Positions 36,373-45,772 of a DNA stretch of 64,000 nt are shown here, one piece after another. The position numbers and the translations under genes are program-made. Each line of letters opens with the position of its first letter. The stretch's first letter is position 1. The stretch lies in the IMG/VR virus record IMGVR_UViG_3300050132_000038, positions 124,001-188,000 of that record, one strand, 5' to 3'. A model generated the notes under the pieces. The model had not been told where the DNA came from, searched no databases, and was given only the letters and a program-made list of their open reading frames with translations.

Positions 36373-38247
36373 ATGTTTGCCAGATCTCAAATCGTAGGTG
36401 TCAACGGAGGGGCTATCAGTTATGCTAACGGGGGCGACAGCGCTCCCTTAGCATCGACTACAACCCGCGGATTCGCCCAGAAGCAAAAGATTACGGCTAG
36501 TGTGGGCGCAGGGTACGGCTCTGGTGGTGGTTCCTCCATGAGTATTAACTCATTCTACCAATCAAGTTATCAATATTACCTTACCGGAATCCTCCCAGCC
36601 GATCCTCACCTTATAGACACATCGACACTGGCGCTGTTTTATCGTGACATCTATCTGTTCGACAGTACAGCTGGTTCAGCTGTAGATATCCAATCTAGCT
36701 TTCCATTCTCTGGGTGGGAACTACGTGGTCTACCAGAAGACGAACTTCAACCGTTCAACACTGCATTAGAGCGTTTGAATCTTCAAACCATGATGCCGTT
36801 TCTTAGTACTGCCTACCTTACTGACGGCTTTTTCTGCGGCTCTCTAATCTTTGATCCACGATCTAAAGAGTTCATCGACACGTTAATTCACGATGCGCTG
36901 TCAGTAGCTGCCATTCCCTCCCCGTTCTTCAACATTGATCCGACAATCAACGTTCGGGTGGGTCAAGCAGCACAGCAGTTCATGCACGATACGTCAGAGT
37001 ATGCACGGCGTTACCTGGATGCAATGCCGAAGGACTTCATCGAGATGCTGAAGAGCGGAGCATTTACCCTAGACCCTGTTACCACGCTATTCATTCCTCG
37101 GCGTAGTACAACAGATCGGGCGTACACCTCATGGCTACATCGTATTCTTCCAATATACATGATTGAGAAGACGCTGTTCCGTGGAACACTAGTTGAAGCA
37201 CAGCGTCGCCAACGTGCTATGACTCATGTTACAGCAGGTGATGATACGTGGACGCCTAGCCCCCAGGAGCTGAATGCCTTAATTGGTGCATTCCAACAGG
37301 CTGAGATGGATCCTATGGGTGGTTGGATTGCTACTAGAGGTTCTGTTGCATCTAATGATTTGAGACCTGGAGGTGACTTCTGGAAGTTTACAGATATGGC
37401 GGATGTGCTTGTTCCCTACAAGCTGCGGGCTCTGGGTATCAGTGAAGGCTTCTTGTCCGGAGATGCCAGCTATGGGGTGGCCGAGTCTGCTTACTCTACT
37501 TTCCTAGAGAGCATGAATTCCTACCGGACTGGTTTAACTGAGAGAGTATTCTACTCCAAACTGTTCCCATTGATTGCAGTAGTAAATGATCTGTACAAAG
37601 ACGGAGCTGATAAGGCGAAGGCAGGTAAGATCGTAGAGTTCTTATTCAACAAGAGTAATCGTAGTAACCTGAAGATGCCTGAACTCCATTGGCACAAGGA
37701 GCTGGAAGCTAAGGGCGAAGAGAACATGGCAGAACTCTTGGAGACTGCTAGTCAGAAGGGCGTGCCAATTCCACTAAAGATGTGGATGGCAGCAGCGAAA
37801 ATTGATCCTGATTTGCTCCTACGTGAGCTATCGGAAGACGCGGCTCTACGCAAGGAGCTAGAGCAATTCACTGGTAAAGATACTTCACATGAAGGGGAGG
37901 AAGAAAGCCATGAATTTGATGATGACTACCAAGGTGCAGGAGACGTTCGTAATGAAACTACTGCAGGACTAGGTAAGATTATTCGCGGCCTACCTACACA
38001 ATCTTTAGTACACGGTCATCCTTCGTACAAGCAACCACTGTTGGCCCGTGAATTCGGAGACTCAGGTGATAACTTTGCACTTACCAAGACGGGTAAGATT
38101 AAGTATGTTCCTAACAGTAGGAACTTAAACAAGCAGATGAATGATAACATCTTGAAGATTGCAGCTAAGGCCGATAAGGATCCTAACTATCGTGCAGAGT
38201 TGAAGAAACGTAATCAAGAAAAACTTGGGCGCACGACCCTTCGTTAA
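36373..38247 (+). CDS. Portal protein
   Basis: 624 aa, downstream of terminase; portal-like segments (YRDIY...AVDI; KLRALGISEGFL). Confidence 0.65.
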   Translation: MFARSQIVGVNGGAISYANGGDSAPLASTTTRGFAQKQKITASVGAGYGSGGGSSMSINSFYQSSYQYYLTGILPADPHLIDTSTLALFYRDIYLFDSTAGSAVDIQSSFPFSGWELRGLPEDELQPFNTALERLNLQTMMPFLSTAYLTDGFFCGSLIFDPRSKEFIDTLIHDALSVAAIPSPFFNIDPTINVRVGQAAQQFMHDTSEYARRYLDAMPKDFIEMLKSGAFTLDPVTTLFIPRRSTTDRAYTSWLHRILPIYMIEKTLFRGTLVEAQRRQRAMTHVTAGDDTWTPSPQELNALIGAFQQAEMDPMGGWIATRGSVASNDLRPGGDFWKFTDMADVLVPYKLRALGISEGFLSGDASYGVAESAYSTFLESMNSYRTGLTERVFYSKLFPLIAVVNDLYKDGADKAKAGKIVEFLFNKSNRSNLKMPELHWHKELEAKGEENMAELLETASQKGVPIPLKMWMAAAKIDPDLLLRELSEDAALRKELEQFTGKDTSHEGEEESHEFDDDYQGAGDVRNETTAGLGKIIRGLPTQSLVHGHPSYKQPLLAREFGDSGDNFALTKTGKIKYVPNSRNLNKQMNDNILKIAAKADKDPNYRAELKKRNQEKLGRTTLR

Positions 38248-38257
38248 GGAGTTCACT

Positions 38258-38530
38258 ATGTACAGCTTTCTAACAGTAGCACGTAGGGTAGACGTAGAGG
38301 CCGCAATCAAATCTGAGGACGTGTACTCTTTCTTCACCTTCAAAGGTAGCAAGCCAGTTGCCCTGAACTTCCGAGGCAAAGAGGAGTATATCGAGAAGGG
38401 CGATAAGTTTGGTGTACGTAAGTCCGCTAACGGTAAGCAGATTCGGCTAATCCGCCCGGGTGCGGAGACTCGCGTGTTTACGCTTACGATGGATCAGGCG
38501 AATGCGTTGGCCCGAGGTATAAAGAAATGA
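38258..38530 (+). CDS. Hypothetical protein
   Basis: TAAGGAG RBS before ATG 38258. Confidence 0.6.
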   Translation: MYSFLTVARRVDVEAAIKSEDVYSFFTFKGSKPVALNFRGKEEYIEKGDKFGVRKSANGKQIRLIRPGAETRVFTLTMDQANALARGIKK

Positions 38531-38542
38531 AGGAGAAGTCTC

Positions 38543-39360
38543 ATGAGCTCTACAGTTGTTAGTCTCCAACCCAAGAAAGGATTTAAGCCTCAGTACTTTG
38601 GTGTAGTCTTCGACGCATACAACCCCCAGGTAGAAGCGCAGATGATGCGTGACTGCTTGGCAATGCAGAGGGTACTTCAAAATCATAAGCGCGAGCTAGT
38701 TATTGTGTGTGAGTCTGAAGCCCCTGACCGTATGCTCCGGGGTTTAAGTATTCGTAGAGTACCTACGCCTACGCTAACAAAGTCCTGGGCGATGTACAAG
38801 ACGAAAGCCGACTGGATGCCCGAACCAGAAGGTGCTGACGTGGTTGTACCCCGTGATCTGTATCAACCACTGAAGAAGAATACACTTCGAGTATTAGACG
38901 AGGCACACACTAATGGGTACTATTTACCGCCTTTGGAAACATTCCTTAGGGCCGCTTGACCGTGAGGTCATGTGATAAGGTTTTGAATTGTCTGGAAACT
39001 CCTTAGAGCCGTGTAGACCACAACGTAGCTATGAAATATGGGCAAGCGTGAGGGTTAAGAACTATACGGATTGGGCAACCAGCAGCGAAGTCCCGAATAG
39101 GGAAACGTTCAACGACTAGAGCGCAAGCTCGTACCCTCAAGTGAGGGGAAGCGGAACCCGTCTCTGTGAGACGAAGATATAGTCTGACCGTCTAGGGAAA
39201 TCCTAGAGCAGTTCATAAGAGAACGCTTGAGTACTAACGACACTCAGGGAACACAGTGCAAGGAAGATTGAGTCCAGAAACAGTTTCACTACTTAGACCA
39301 GCACCTAATGGTTTTTCTGTAGGCTACGGTGATAACTGGTTGAGCGCGCTCTATAGTTAG
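38543..39360 (+). CDS. Hypothetical protein interrupted by a group I intron (exon 1 to ~38947-38957, exon 2 ~39259-39360)
   Basis: Exon 1 reading frame stops at the intron edge; downstream frame QGRLSPETVSLLRPAPNGFSVGYGDNWLSALYS* can be joined in frame. Confidence 0.6.
38957..39258 (+). mobile_element. ORF-less group I intron, subgroup IA-like (boundaries approximate)
   Basis: P AATTGTCTGGAAA; Q AACCAGCAGC; R GTTCAACGACTAG; S AAGATATAGTC; P7 GACTA/TAGTC; P3 GGTTTT/GGAACC; P7.1, P7.2, P8 and P9 hairpins. Confidence 0.88.
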
Positions 39361-39383
39361 GGTCGAACACCCTACAATTTCAC

Positions 39384-39451
39384 AGTGAGCATAAAGCGAA
39401 AAGGTTTAGCGGCCCTGTCATGCCAATACATGACTAGCTTTATGTCTCACT
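39384..39451 (+). ncRNA. Structured leader (three-way junction), copy 1, upstream of endonuclease 1
   Basis: AGTGAG-CATAAAGC/GCTTTATG-T-CTCACT; GTCATG/CATGAC; conserved at 47315..47386. Confidence 0.65.
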
Positions 39452-39475
39452 TCTTAAACCTATTGGGGTTGCCAA

Positions 39476-40582
39476 ATGTCTTCATCTAAAGAGCATACTT
39501 ATGCTTTCCGTGTGCCATCGTCCTCACTTTTCGATAAAGCACTCACCAAATTAGTAAAACAAGTAGAGACGAAGGCTGCCTCTACTGACTCCGAGCTCGA
39601 CCCAGATCCAATCTACTATGTGTACGTACTGCTTGATCCACGAAAACCTGGAGCATTTGAGTACACACTTCCCGGTAGCAAGCTAATCGCTTTTAAGTAT
39701 CAACCCTTCTACGTGGGTAAGGGTAAAGGCGACAGGCTGAAGACTCATGTGAAGTCTACTCGTAAGCGTGTGGCTAGGGGTCGGAAGCTCACACATAAAG
39801 AAAACACGATTAAGAAGATCGAAAGTTTGGGTCTTAAAGTAATTGAGAAGCGTATAAGTTTCGACCTCCCTGAGGCAGTATCATTTGCCAAAGAGATAAT
39901 GTTAATCTCCACAATTGGTAGAGTCGATCTGGGTACAGGATTACTTACTAATTGGTCAGGCGGCGGTGAGGGCGTTATAGATTTATCCCCTGAGACGATT
40001 CGGAAACATAGTGAATCGCAGAAGGCCGTACGTGCTGCGTTAACTCCTAAGCAAAATGCAAAGCGTAATAAGCTCACCAGCGAAAGCGTAGCAGCTGAGT
40101 GGAAAGCTAGATCACCTGACGCTAAGAAAGTCCACGCACAGAAGACCATTGCCCAGATGGAAGCACTAACGGATAAAGAGCGGCGACAACTTACTGCCCC
40201 TGCCCGTAAAGCATACAAGAAAGTTCTAGATTCCCTAACTGATGAAGAGCGCAACAAGCTATTAGGTAGTGGATCTAAAGCTTGGTGGGCCTCTATGACA
40301 GACGAGGAACGAGAGTCACAGAACAAGAAGGCAGGTACTGCTCTGAGTAAGAGTCTACAGGCGAGATCCCCTGAGGCAAAAGCCAAGCACTATAACAATC
40401 AGCGTAACGCGCAGCTAGCTCGAATAGCTAATATGACTCCGGAAGAGCGGGAAGCTGAACGAGCACGAAAGCGCGCCCAACTTGACGCGCTACCTATACA
40501 GCAGTGTCCTCACTGTGGATATGAGGGTAAGGGGCCTAACATGAAGAAGTATCATTTTGATAGATGCAAGTATAAGTCTTAA
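39476..40582 (+). CDS. Free-standing GIY-YIG-family homing endonuclease
   Basis: YYVYVLLDPRKP...PFYVGKG.G.R...H; LTN; helical repeats; C-terminal CPHC...YHFDRC. Confidence 0.75.
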   Translation: MSSSKEHTYAFRVPSSSLFDKALTKLVKQVETKAASTDSELDPDPIYYVYVLLDPRKPGAFEYTLPGSKLIAFKYQPFYVGKGKGDRLKTHVKSTRKRVARGRKLTHKENTIKKIESLGLKVIEKRISFDLPEAVSFAKEIMLISTIGRVDLGTGLLTNWSGGGEGVIDLSPETIRKHSESQKAVRAALTPKQNAKRNKLTSESVAAEWKARSPDAKKVHAQKTIAQMEALTDKERRQLTAPARKAYKKVLDSLTDEERNKLLGSGSKAWWASMTDEERESQNKKAGTALSKSLQARSPEAKAKHYNNQRNAQLARIANMTPEEREAERARKRAQLDALPIQQCPHCGYEGKGPNMKKYHFDRCKYKS

Positions 40583-40604
40583 TGTATACCTAAGGAGAAA
40601 ACTC

Positions 40605-40886
40605 ATGGCAATGTTCCGCAAGAAGCCTGTCGTAGTAGAAGCCATTACCTTTGATGAACTAGTAGCGTATGGTATAGACTCAGGTGCAACTATTGTCGAT
40701 AGAATGCCTTGGTCGTTCCGATACAACGGTCACCCTATTACTCACGAGAACGACAACTGCTATTTGATCCTTACCTTAGAAGGTACTATGAACTTCACTA
40801 GGGAGGATATGCTAATCACCGGTGTTCAAGGTGAGATATACCCGTGTAAGCTCGACATCTTCAACGCTACATACGAGCCCACCTAA
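40605..40886 (+). CDS. Common phage protein (PGDYG-like domain)
   Basis: FRKKPVVVEA...TLEG.M...GVQGEIYPCK.DIF..TYE; TAAGGAG RBS. Confidence 0.75.
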   Translation: MAMFRKKPVVVEAITFDELVAYGIDSGATIVDRMPWSFRYNGHPITHENDNCYLILTLEGTMNFTREDMLITGVQGEIYPCKLDIFNATYEPT

Positions 40887-40895
40887 GGAGAAATC

Positions 40896-41150
40896 ATGTC
40901 CCTAAAACTAAAGGCGGCGTCAAGACTGTTAGCTGCGGAGTACACGGGTGGCATTTCAGTAGGTGACTTCGTTGAGGTCGTTCCGCAGGTTCATGGTAGG
41001 ACTTACGGTCGGGTGCGTGAGATCAAAGGTGACAGATTGGTGATCCTCCTAGCTGATAGCAAGTCTAATCTCCGCTTCGGTCATGGGGTAGTAGAGGAGA
41101 TCCCCCGTGCACAATGTACCCGAGTCAATGTCACTGACCTCCCAAGTTAA
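40896..41150 (+). CDS. Small beta-barrel (SH3/KOW-like) protein
   Basis: ISVGDFVEV...GRVREIKGD. Confidence 0.55.
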   Translation: MSLKLKAASRLLAAEYTGGISVGDFVEVVPQVHGRTYGRVREIKGDRLVILLADSKSNLRFGHGVVEEIPRAQCTRVNVTDLPS

Positions 41151-41169
41151 CCCTCAATTTTATTATGTA

Positions 41170-41278
41170 AGTCCCATACGGCGTACTCTGAGTTTTCTTC
41201 GGGAAGGGTGCTTGAAGTACGATTCGTAATTTGGGGCAGCTGCTAATAGGTGGGACCTTAGGCTGCCCTAATTTTTTA
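41170..41278 (+). ncRNA. Putative structured small RNA
   Basis: CGTACT/AGTACG stem with C(UUCG)G loop; TGGGGCAGC/GCTGCCCTA stem then T-run; GTCCCAT/GTGGGAC long-range pairing. Confidence 0.4.
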
Positions 41279-41400
41279 GTTACCAAATTTCATATACGGT
41301 ATTCCGTACATAGTACTTCATATAGCCCTGGAGCCCTGGCTGGCTTCCAAGAGGTTCGCAAGTCGGCCGTTCTCCAGTGCTCTGCTTTTAGGAGCACACA

Positions 41401-42366
41401 GTGTCCCTCTCAGATGCAATAAGCAGTGCTACAGCTTCATTCAATCCTAGTGCGTTTGCTTCAACGTTTGCTCCTGCGGCCGCTACTGGTGCTTTGTCCT
41501 TCTTAGGATCTAAGTTAGCGAGTGTAGCAGGCCCAGGTGCTCTTGGTACACTAGGTGCAGGTATGGCTCCTGGCAACGATTTGGCTGGCATACAAGCACG
41601 TAGTGATCCACTCCTATCCTTCTGTTGGTATGCACAGCTACCCACAATAACTCCTAACCCAACTAGTAGCAATACAGTCAATCAGAACACTGGATCTATA
41701 CTAGGTGGTATTCAGGCAGCAGCCTCATCTATAGCAGGTGCCGCAGTGTCTAGCTTGGCCTCTACTCTAGGTGGTTCCGTGTTTGCCTCAGGGTCAGCTG
41801 TTAGTCTTCCTTGGTACTACGTTGAAGAAGCACAGCTACCCTTCAGAAACTTTAGCTCGAAGCCCATCTTTAGGGAAGGTCGTGATAGACACTACGTAGA
41901 TAAGTACAGTGTAGATAACCTAACACTCCACTTCTATCTGGACTCGTCGAACACAGTACTACAGTATTTGCAAGCATGGCAGAACGCAATGATCTCCCCC
42001 TTTGCGGCTAACTCAGCAGCTACATCGGGTGGCGGATTCGGTAGACCCTCGCAGTACAAGCAGCCGATTTACATTTACATTTTAGACGTTACGAAAAGCC
42101 AGATGGCTATTGTTGAGTACACCGAATGTTGGCCTACTAATCTTAGTGCCTTACAGTTAGACTCCGGTGCCTCTAACAGATTGATAGCGCAAGTCCCTTT
42201 CTCAGTTGGTGACGTGTTTGTAAACATAGTAGGTGTAGCCCAATCGCTAGTTAATGGGGTTCTAGCCAACCCCTCACAATTCAAAAACCTGTTAAGTGCA
42301 GCAGGATCAAAGGTAATGGGGAATGCAGCTTCCTCAGTTAGCAGTTCCATCGGGTCCATGATCTAA
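41401..42366 (+). CDS. Tail-tube-fold baseplate protein (gp54/gp19-like)
   Basis: LPFRNF...LTLHFYLD...LQAWQN...ECWPTNLSALQLD; first gene of the baseplate module. Confidence 0.6.
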   Translation: MSLSDAISSATASFNPSAFASTFAPAAATGALSFLGSKLASVAGPGALGTLGAGMAPGNDLAGIQARSDPLLSFCWYAQLPTITPNPTSSNTVNQNTGSILGGIQAAASSIAGAAVSSLASTLGGSVFASGSAVSLPWYYVEEAQLPFRNFSSKPIFREGRDRHYVDKYSVDNLTLHFYLDSSNTVLQYLQAWQNAMISPFAANSAATSGGGFGRPSQYKQPIYIYILDVTKSQMAIVEYTECWPTNLSALQLDSGASNRLIAQVPFSVGDVFVNIVGVAQSLVNGVLANPSQFKNLLSAAGSKVMGNAASSVSSSIGSMI

Positions 42367-42389
42367 CCCTTCCGCCGTAGGAGTACTAA

Positions 42390-43493
42390 ATGAATAACGA
42401 AACAACAACTACAACGCAGAACTTTGCGTTTCCTCCTGAGCGACAAGCTCAGATTGAAGCCTTAACTAAAGCACGGCAAGCCCAGTCTCAACCGTTTCAA
42501 CGGCAAGACCCGCGTCAGCAGGCAGCCCAACAGTCTAATCAACAGCCACAGCCACAGCAACCGTACCAGCATCCTTATTTAGGTCAGCAGGTTGCACAAC
42601 AGCCAGTAGTACATCAGTCCCCTGTAGCACGTCCTGGTATTACTATGCCTGTGTCGAAAGAATTCCCTTCGGTGCCTAACGTAATGCCCGGGTTCACTGC
42701 ACCTGTTGCTGATCCAGAAGGTGTTTCGTTAACCTTACCGTCGAAGTTTGCTTACTACGCATTTAAGGATGTGTACGTTAAACCGTTTAAGGGTAAGCAC
42801 CTTTCCAAGCTGAGTCGCGCACACGCAGAGGGCTCACTGCAGCAACTAGTCGAAGCCGTGTCCTCGGTGTTGAGCACCACGACTCCTGGTGTAGGTCCAT
42901 TAGGTTTTGAATTAACGCTTCCTGACTTCACCTATGTGTTGTACTGGTTGCGTCAGAACTCATACACTAAATCGTCCTTCATTCATAAGACTCAGTGTAA
43001 TAACCCTGCACACATCGCACAGGTTCGAGAAGGTAAGCTAGCTCCTGAAACACTCCAGATTGCTGAGATCATTCGTAAGGGTGATCTTACTGTTGTGGAA
43101 TTGGATCAACTGCCAGACCCTGATTACTTCAAGTTCCCTGCTGACGTCCCCTTCTACTTCACTCCGCCTACAATGCGTACTGCTATTGAGTTCGCAGAAA
43201 GCCCGAGGATGCAGGCGGAAGATCATGAGGAGTTTGAGTACTTAGCCCAGCTTGGTTCCTTCATTCAGCGTACATCCTTCCTAACCGATCCACAAACTTA
43301 CTGGACAGTAGATCAACGGGCGCAGGCTATGGAGGAAGCAGAAGGCGGAGAGATTCAACTGATTAAAGAATTTGAAGAGGCTCTGAAAGGCTACGGCGTG
43401 GAAGAGAAGATTAACGTAACTTGCAAGGTGTGTGGCGCATCCAGGATGACGAAAGTCGTTCTCGATGCGCATTCATTTCTTTCCGCTAACTGA
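42390..43493 (+). CDS. Baseplate hub assembly chaperone (gp26-like)
   Basis: VKPFK...DFTYVLYWLRQNSY...C; C-terminal CKVC; Q/P-rich N-terminus. Confidence 0.6.
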   Translation: MNNETTTTTQNFAFPPERQAQIEALTKARQAQSQPFQRQDPRQQAAQQSNQQPQPQQPYQHPYLGQQVAQQPVVHQSPVARPGITMPVSKEFPSVPNVMPGFTAPVADPEGVSLTLPSKFAYYAFKDVYVKPFKGKHLSKLSRAHAEGSLQQLVEAVSSVLSTTTPGVGPLGFELTLPDFTYVLYWLRQNSYTKSSFIHKTQCNNPAHIAQVREGKLAPETLQIAEIIRKGDLTVVELDQLPDPDYFKFPADVPFYFTPPTMRTAIEFAESPRMQAEDHEEFEYLAQLGSFIQRTSFLTDPQTYWTVDQRAQAMEEAEGGEIQLIKEFEEALKGYGVEEKINVTCKVCGASRMTKVVLDAHSFLSAN

Positions 43494-43659
43494 CCCTAAA
43501 GAGATACTGGATAGGCACACGCTCATAGCTCAGGAGTTTCACTTTGCTGTGGATGACGAAATGCCTATCTACAGGTTCATGCAGCTCTCGGAGATTGCGT
43601 ACTCTAGGGCTGAAGCACGGAAAGAAGCAGCAAGGAATGGCCAACAGTACATAGGCTGA
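43465..43659 (+). CDS. Small baseplate assembly protein (gp51-like)
   Basis: Position after the gp26-like gene; EIL...LIAQEFHF...MP. Confidence 0.45.
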   Translation: MRIHFFPLTDPKEILDRHTLIAQEFHFAVDDEMPIYRFMQLSEIAYSRAEARKEAARNGQQYIG

Positions 43660-43678
43660 CTAAGTAAGGATACGTGTC

Positions 43679-45769
43679 ATGGCTGACAAACCAAAAACCC
43701 CTAAGTTTAGAAGTGACGCAGAACGGAAGAAATGGGACGCGCTGCAGCACAACGCTGGCCACTCTATATCTAAGATTGCCGAGGGTAAGGGCCAACCTCA
43801 AGACTTCCAGAAAATTGAGAAGACTCTTGAGGGCCTAAGTAAGTTAGCCAAGCGCGTATTCTCCGATGCAGTGAAGGCAGCTGAAGCACAGGTTAACATA
43901 GTACAAAAGGCTAACCTTAAGAAGACTAAAGAAGATCAGGCAGAGTTCTCCAAAGCAGTAGGGGAAGTTCTTAAGGAGCAGATGCCTGAGATCCTTGCTA
44001 AGATCAAAGACATTATTGAGATTGAGTCTCTGGATCAAGACACCCGTTTCGAGAAGACTCTTAGCTCTCAGTTGAATTCCTTTGCTTCGTTCCTGCCTCC
44101 TAAGGATATTCCCACCACAGACGATGTGATGGCTATCCACGAGGCTTCGCTAGAGCAGCAAGGTACTACCGATGATCGTAAGTGGGACAGTCGCCAACGT
44201 AAGCTAGTTGACTCCATTACTGATAGTGTGGCAGCTGTTATCAAAGCCACCATCCTTAGTGCGGCTATGGCTAGTGTTAGTCCTGCAGCTGCAGCTAGGT
44301 ACAGCACACCGTTACTAGGAGCACCTCAGGCATCCTCAAGTAGGGCAGCTTCTCAAGATTGGGACTTAGACGATGAACCTACAGTAGGTCGTCGTGGTTC
44401 GTCTATGCTGAGTGGGGCACATACTAGGGACACAGCTAGTTCTCCTTGGGAATTGACGGACGATGAACCTAGAGCTCAGACCAAATATAATACCGGGCTA
44501 ACCACTGTGCATGACGTAGGGAATGCGCTGGTGAAGTCTGGTGCTCCTGGCGGTGGCCAGAGTACGGCACTAACCTCTATAGCGCAAAGCTTAGGCACCC
44601 TAGCCCTAGCTGGCCCGGCTACGGCAGCTACAGCAGCTACCACAGGAGCACCTGCAGCAGCCGGTGCAGCTGCTGAGGACGATGAAAAGACCGCAGATGT
44701 ATGGTGGAGATCGTTTGGTACGTGGATTGGTGATAAGTATGAGTCTGTAGCCTCTAAAGCGGATACTGCTAAGGGTTGGCTAGCCGCTTTGGGTACTGGC
44801 TTGATGAGCATACTATTAGCTCCTCAGTTATACGAAACAATAGCGAAGAAGGCCAAGGAACTATTGACCTGGGATAACATTAAGAAGAGTGCCGAAGGTG
44901 CGTGGAACTTAATGTACGACAAGGGCAGTGAGCTTATAAAATGGGTCACTGATAAACTCGGACTAGGACCGGCTATCGATAAAGCAAAAGACGTATTTAA
45001 AGATATATCGGATGCCGTAGGTTGGGTCGCCAGTAAGTTAGGGTTCAGCAGTAAGAAAGAACCTACGAAGTTTAACTCTCGGCAGGCCACCGGAGGTAAG
45101 GGAACGACTGCCGGAGGGGGTGGTGGGGGTCGACAAGCAGTACAACCACTCACACAGGCACAGCAAGCCTCAGTTAACAAGAGTAATGCTGCAACTCTTG
45201 CTAAAGGTGAGTCATCTGTTGCTAGCGGAGCAAAACTGGTAGGTAGCGCCATAGGGAAAGGGGTATCCGCAGTAGGTCGTGGTGCAGCCACAGTTGGTAA
45301 GGCCCTGGTGGGTAGTAACGTGCCTGAATCCTCAATAGGCGGAGGGGACATAGGGGCACTGGGTACAGCTCTGGCTCCTGGATTAAAGTCTGCGGGTTCC
45401 TCTGTTGCCTCGGGAGCTAGCGCCTTAGTAAACGCTAAGAGTAGCACAGGCTTCGTCTCCCGACAGGGCGGGGCACGCCCTCCAGTAGTCAGCCAACCTG
45501 TTCCTACTTTGCCCACCTCGAGTGCTCCTGCTACCAGCTTTGGTACCTCAGGTATTACTAAAACCACTAGTGTCCCAGGTACTGCCGTAAGAACTACCCC
45601 AGCTGTTACTCATCCAGTTGCCGGGGCGGGTACTACTAGTACTGTAGGCGGGGCCTCAGGTGCTCCTAAAACTAATAGCACTAGCACGGTCGGCCTTGAT
45701 TCATTCAAGATTAGCTCTGGAGTAGATGATTCATTAGCCTTAATGAATATGAGTGTTATCACAGGCTAA
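43679..45769 (+). CDS. Tape-measure-like or baseplate hub protein
   Basis: Helical N-half, W-spaced segment, G/A/S/T-rich C-terminus; position in module. Confidence 0.5.
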   Translation: MADKPKTPKFRSDAERKKWDALQHNAGHSISKIAEGKGQPQDFQKIEKTLEGLSKLAKRVFSDAVKAAEAQVNIVQKANLKKTKEDQAEFSKAVGEVLKEQMPEILAKIKDIIEIESLDQDTRFEKTLSSQLNSFASFLPPKDIPTTDDVMAIHEASLEQQGTTDDRKWDSRQRKLVDSITDSVAAVIKATILSAAMASVSPAAAARYSTPLLGAPQASSSRAASQDWDLDDEPTVGRRGSSMLSGAHTRDTASSPWELTDDEPRAQTKYNTGLTTVHDVGNALVKSGAPGGGQSTALTSIAQSLGTLALAGPATAATAATTGAPAAAGAAAEDDEKTADVWWRSFGTWIGDKYESVASKADTAKGWLAALGTGLMSILLAPQLYETIAKKAKELLTWDNIKKSAEGAWNLMYDKGSELIKWVTDKLGLGPAIDKAKDVFKDISDAVGWVASKLGFSSKKEPTKFNSRQATGGKGTTAGGGGGGRQAVQPLTQAQQASVNKSNAATLAKGESSVASGAKLVGSAIGKGVSAVGRGAATVGKALVGSNVPESSIGGGDIGALGTALAPGLKSAGSSVASGASALVNAKSSTGFVSRQGGARPPVVSQPVPTLPTSSAPATSFGTSGITKTTSVPGTAVRTTPAVTHPVAGAGTTSTVGGASGAPKTNSTSTVGLDSFKISSGVDDSLALMNMSVITG

Positions 45770-45772
45770 CCT

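Noticed and set aside
39384-39451. Endonuclease leader as a hammerhead ribozyme (GAAA and CUGACUA/AUGACUA resemble the core)
   Set aside because: CUGANGA is not matched, those bases are paired in P3, and stem III/NUH geometry is not consistent between the two copies
41170-41278. HDV-like/theta ribozyme
   Set aside because: Pseudoknot order is similar, but L3 would be only 4 nt and the P1.1 and catalytic-strand consensus are missing
43465-43493. Programmed frameshift joining the gp26-like ORF and the next ORF (tail chaperone G/GT style)
   Set aside because: No XXXYYYZ slippery heptamer seen in the overlap; independent initiation is adequate
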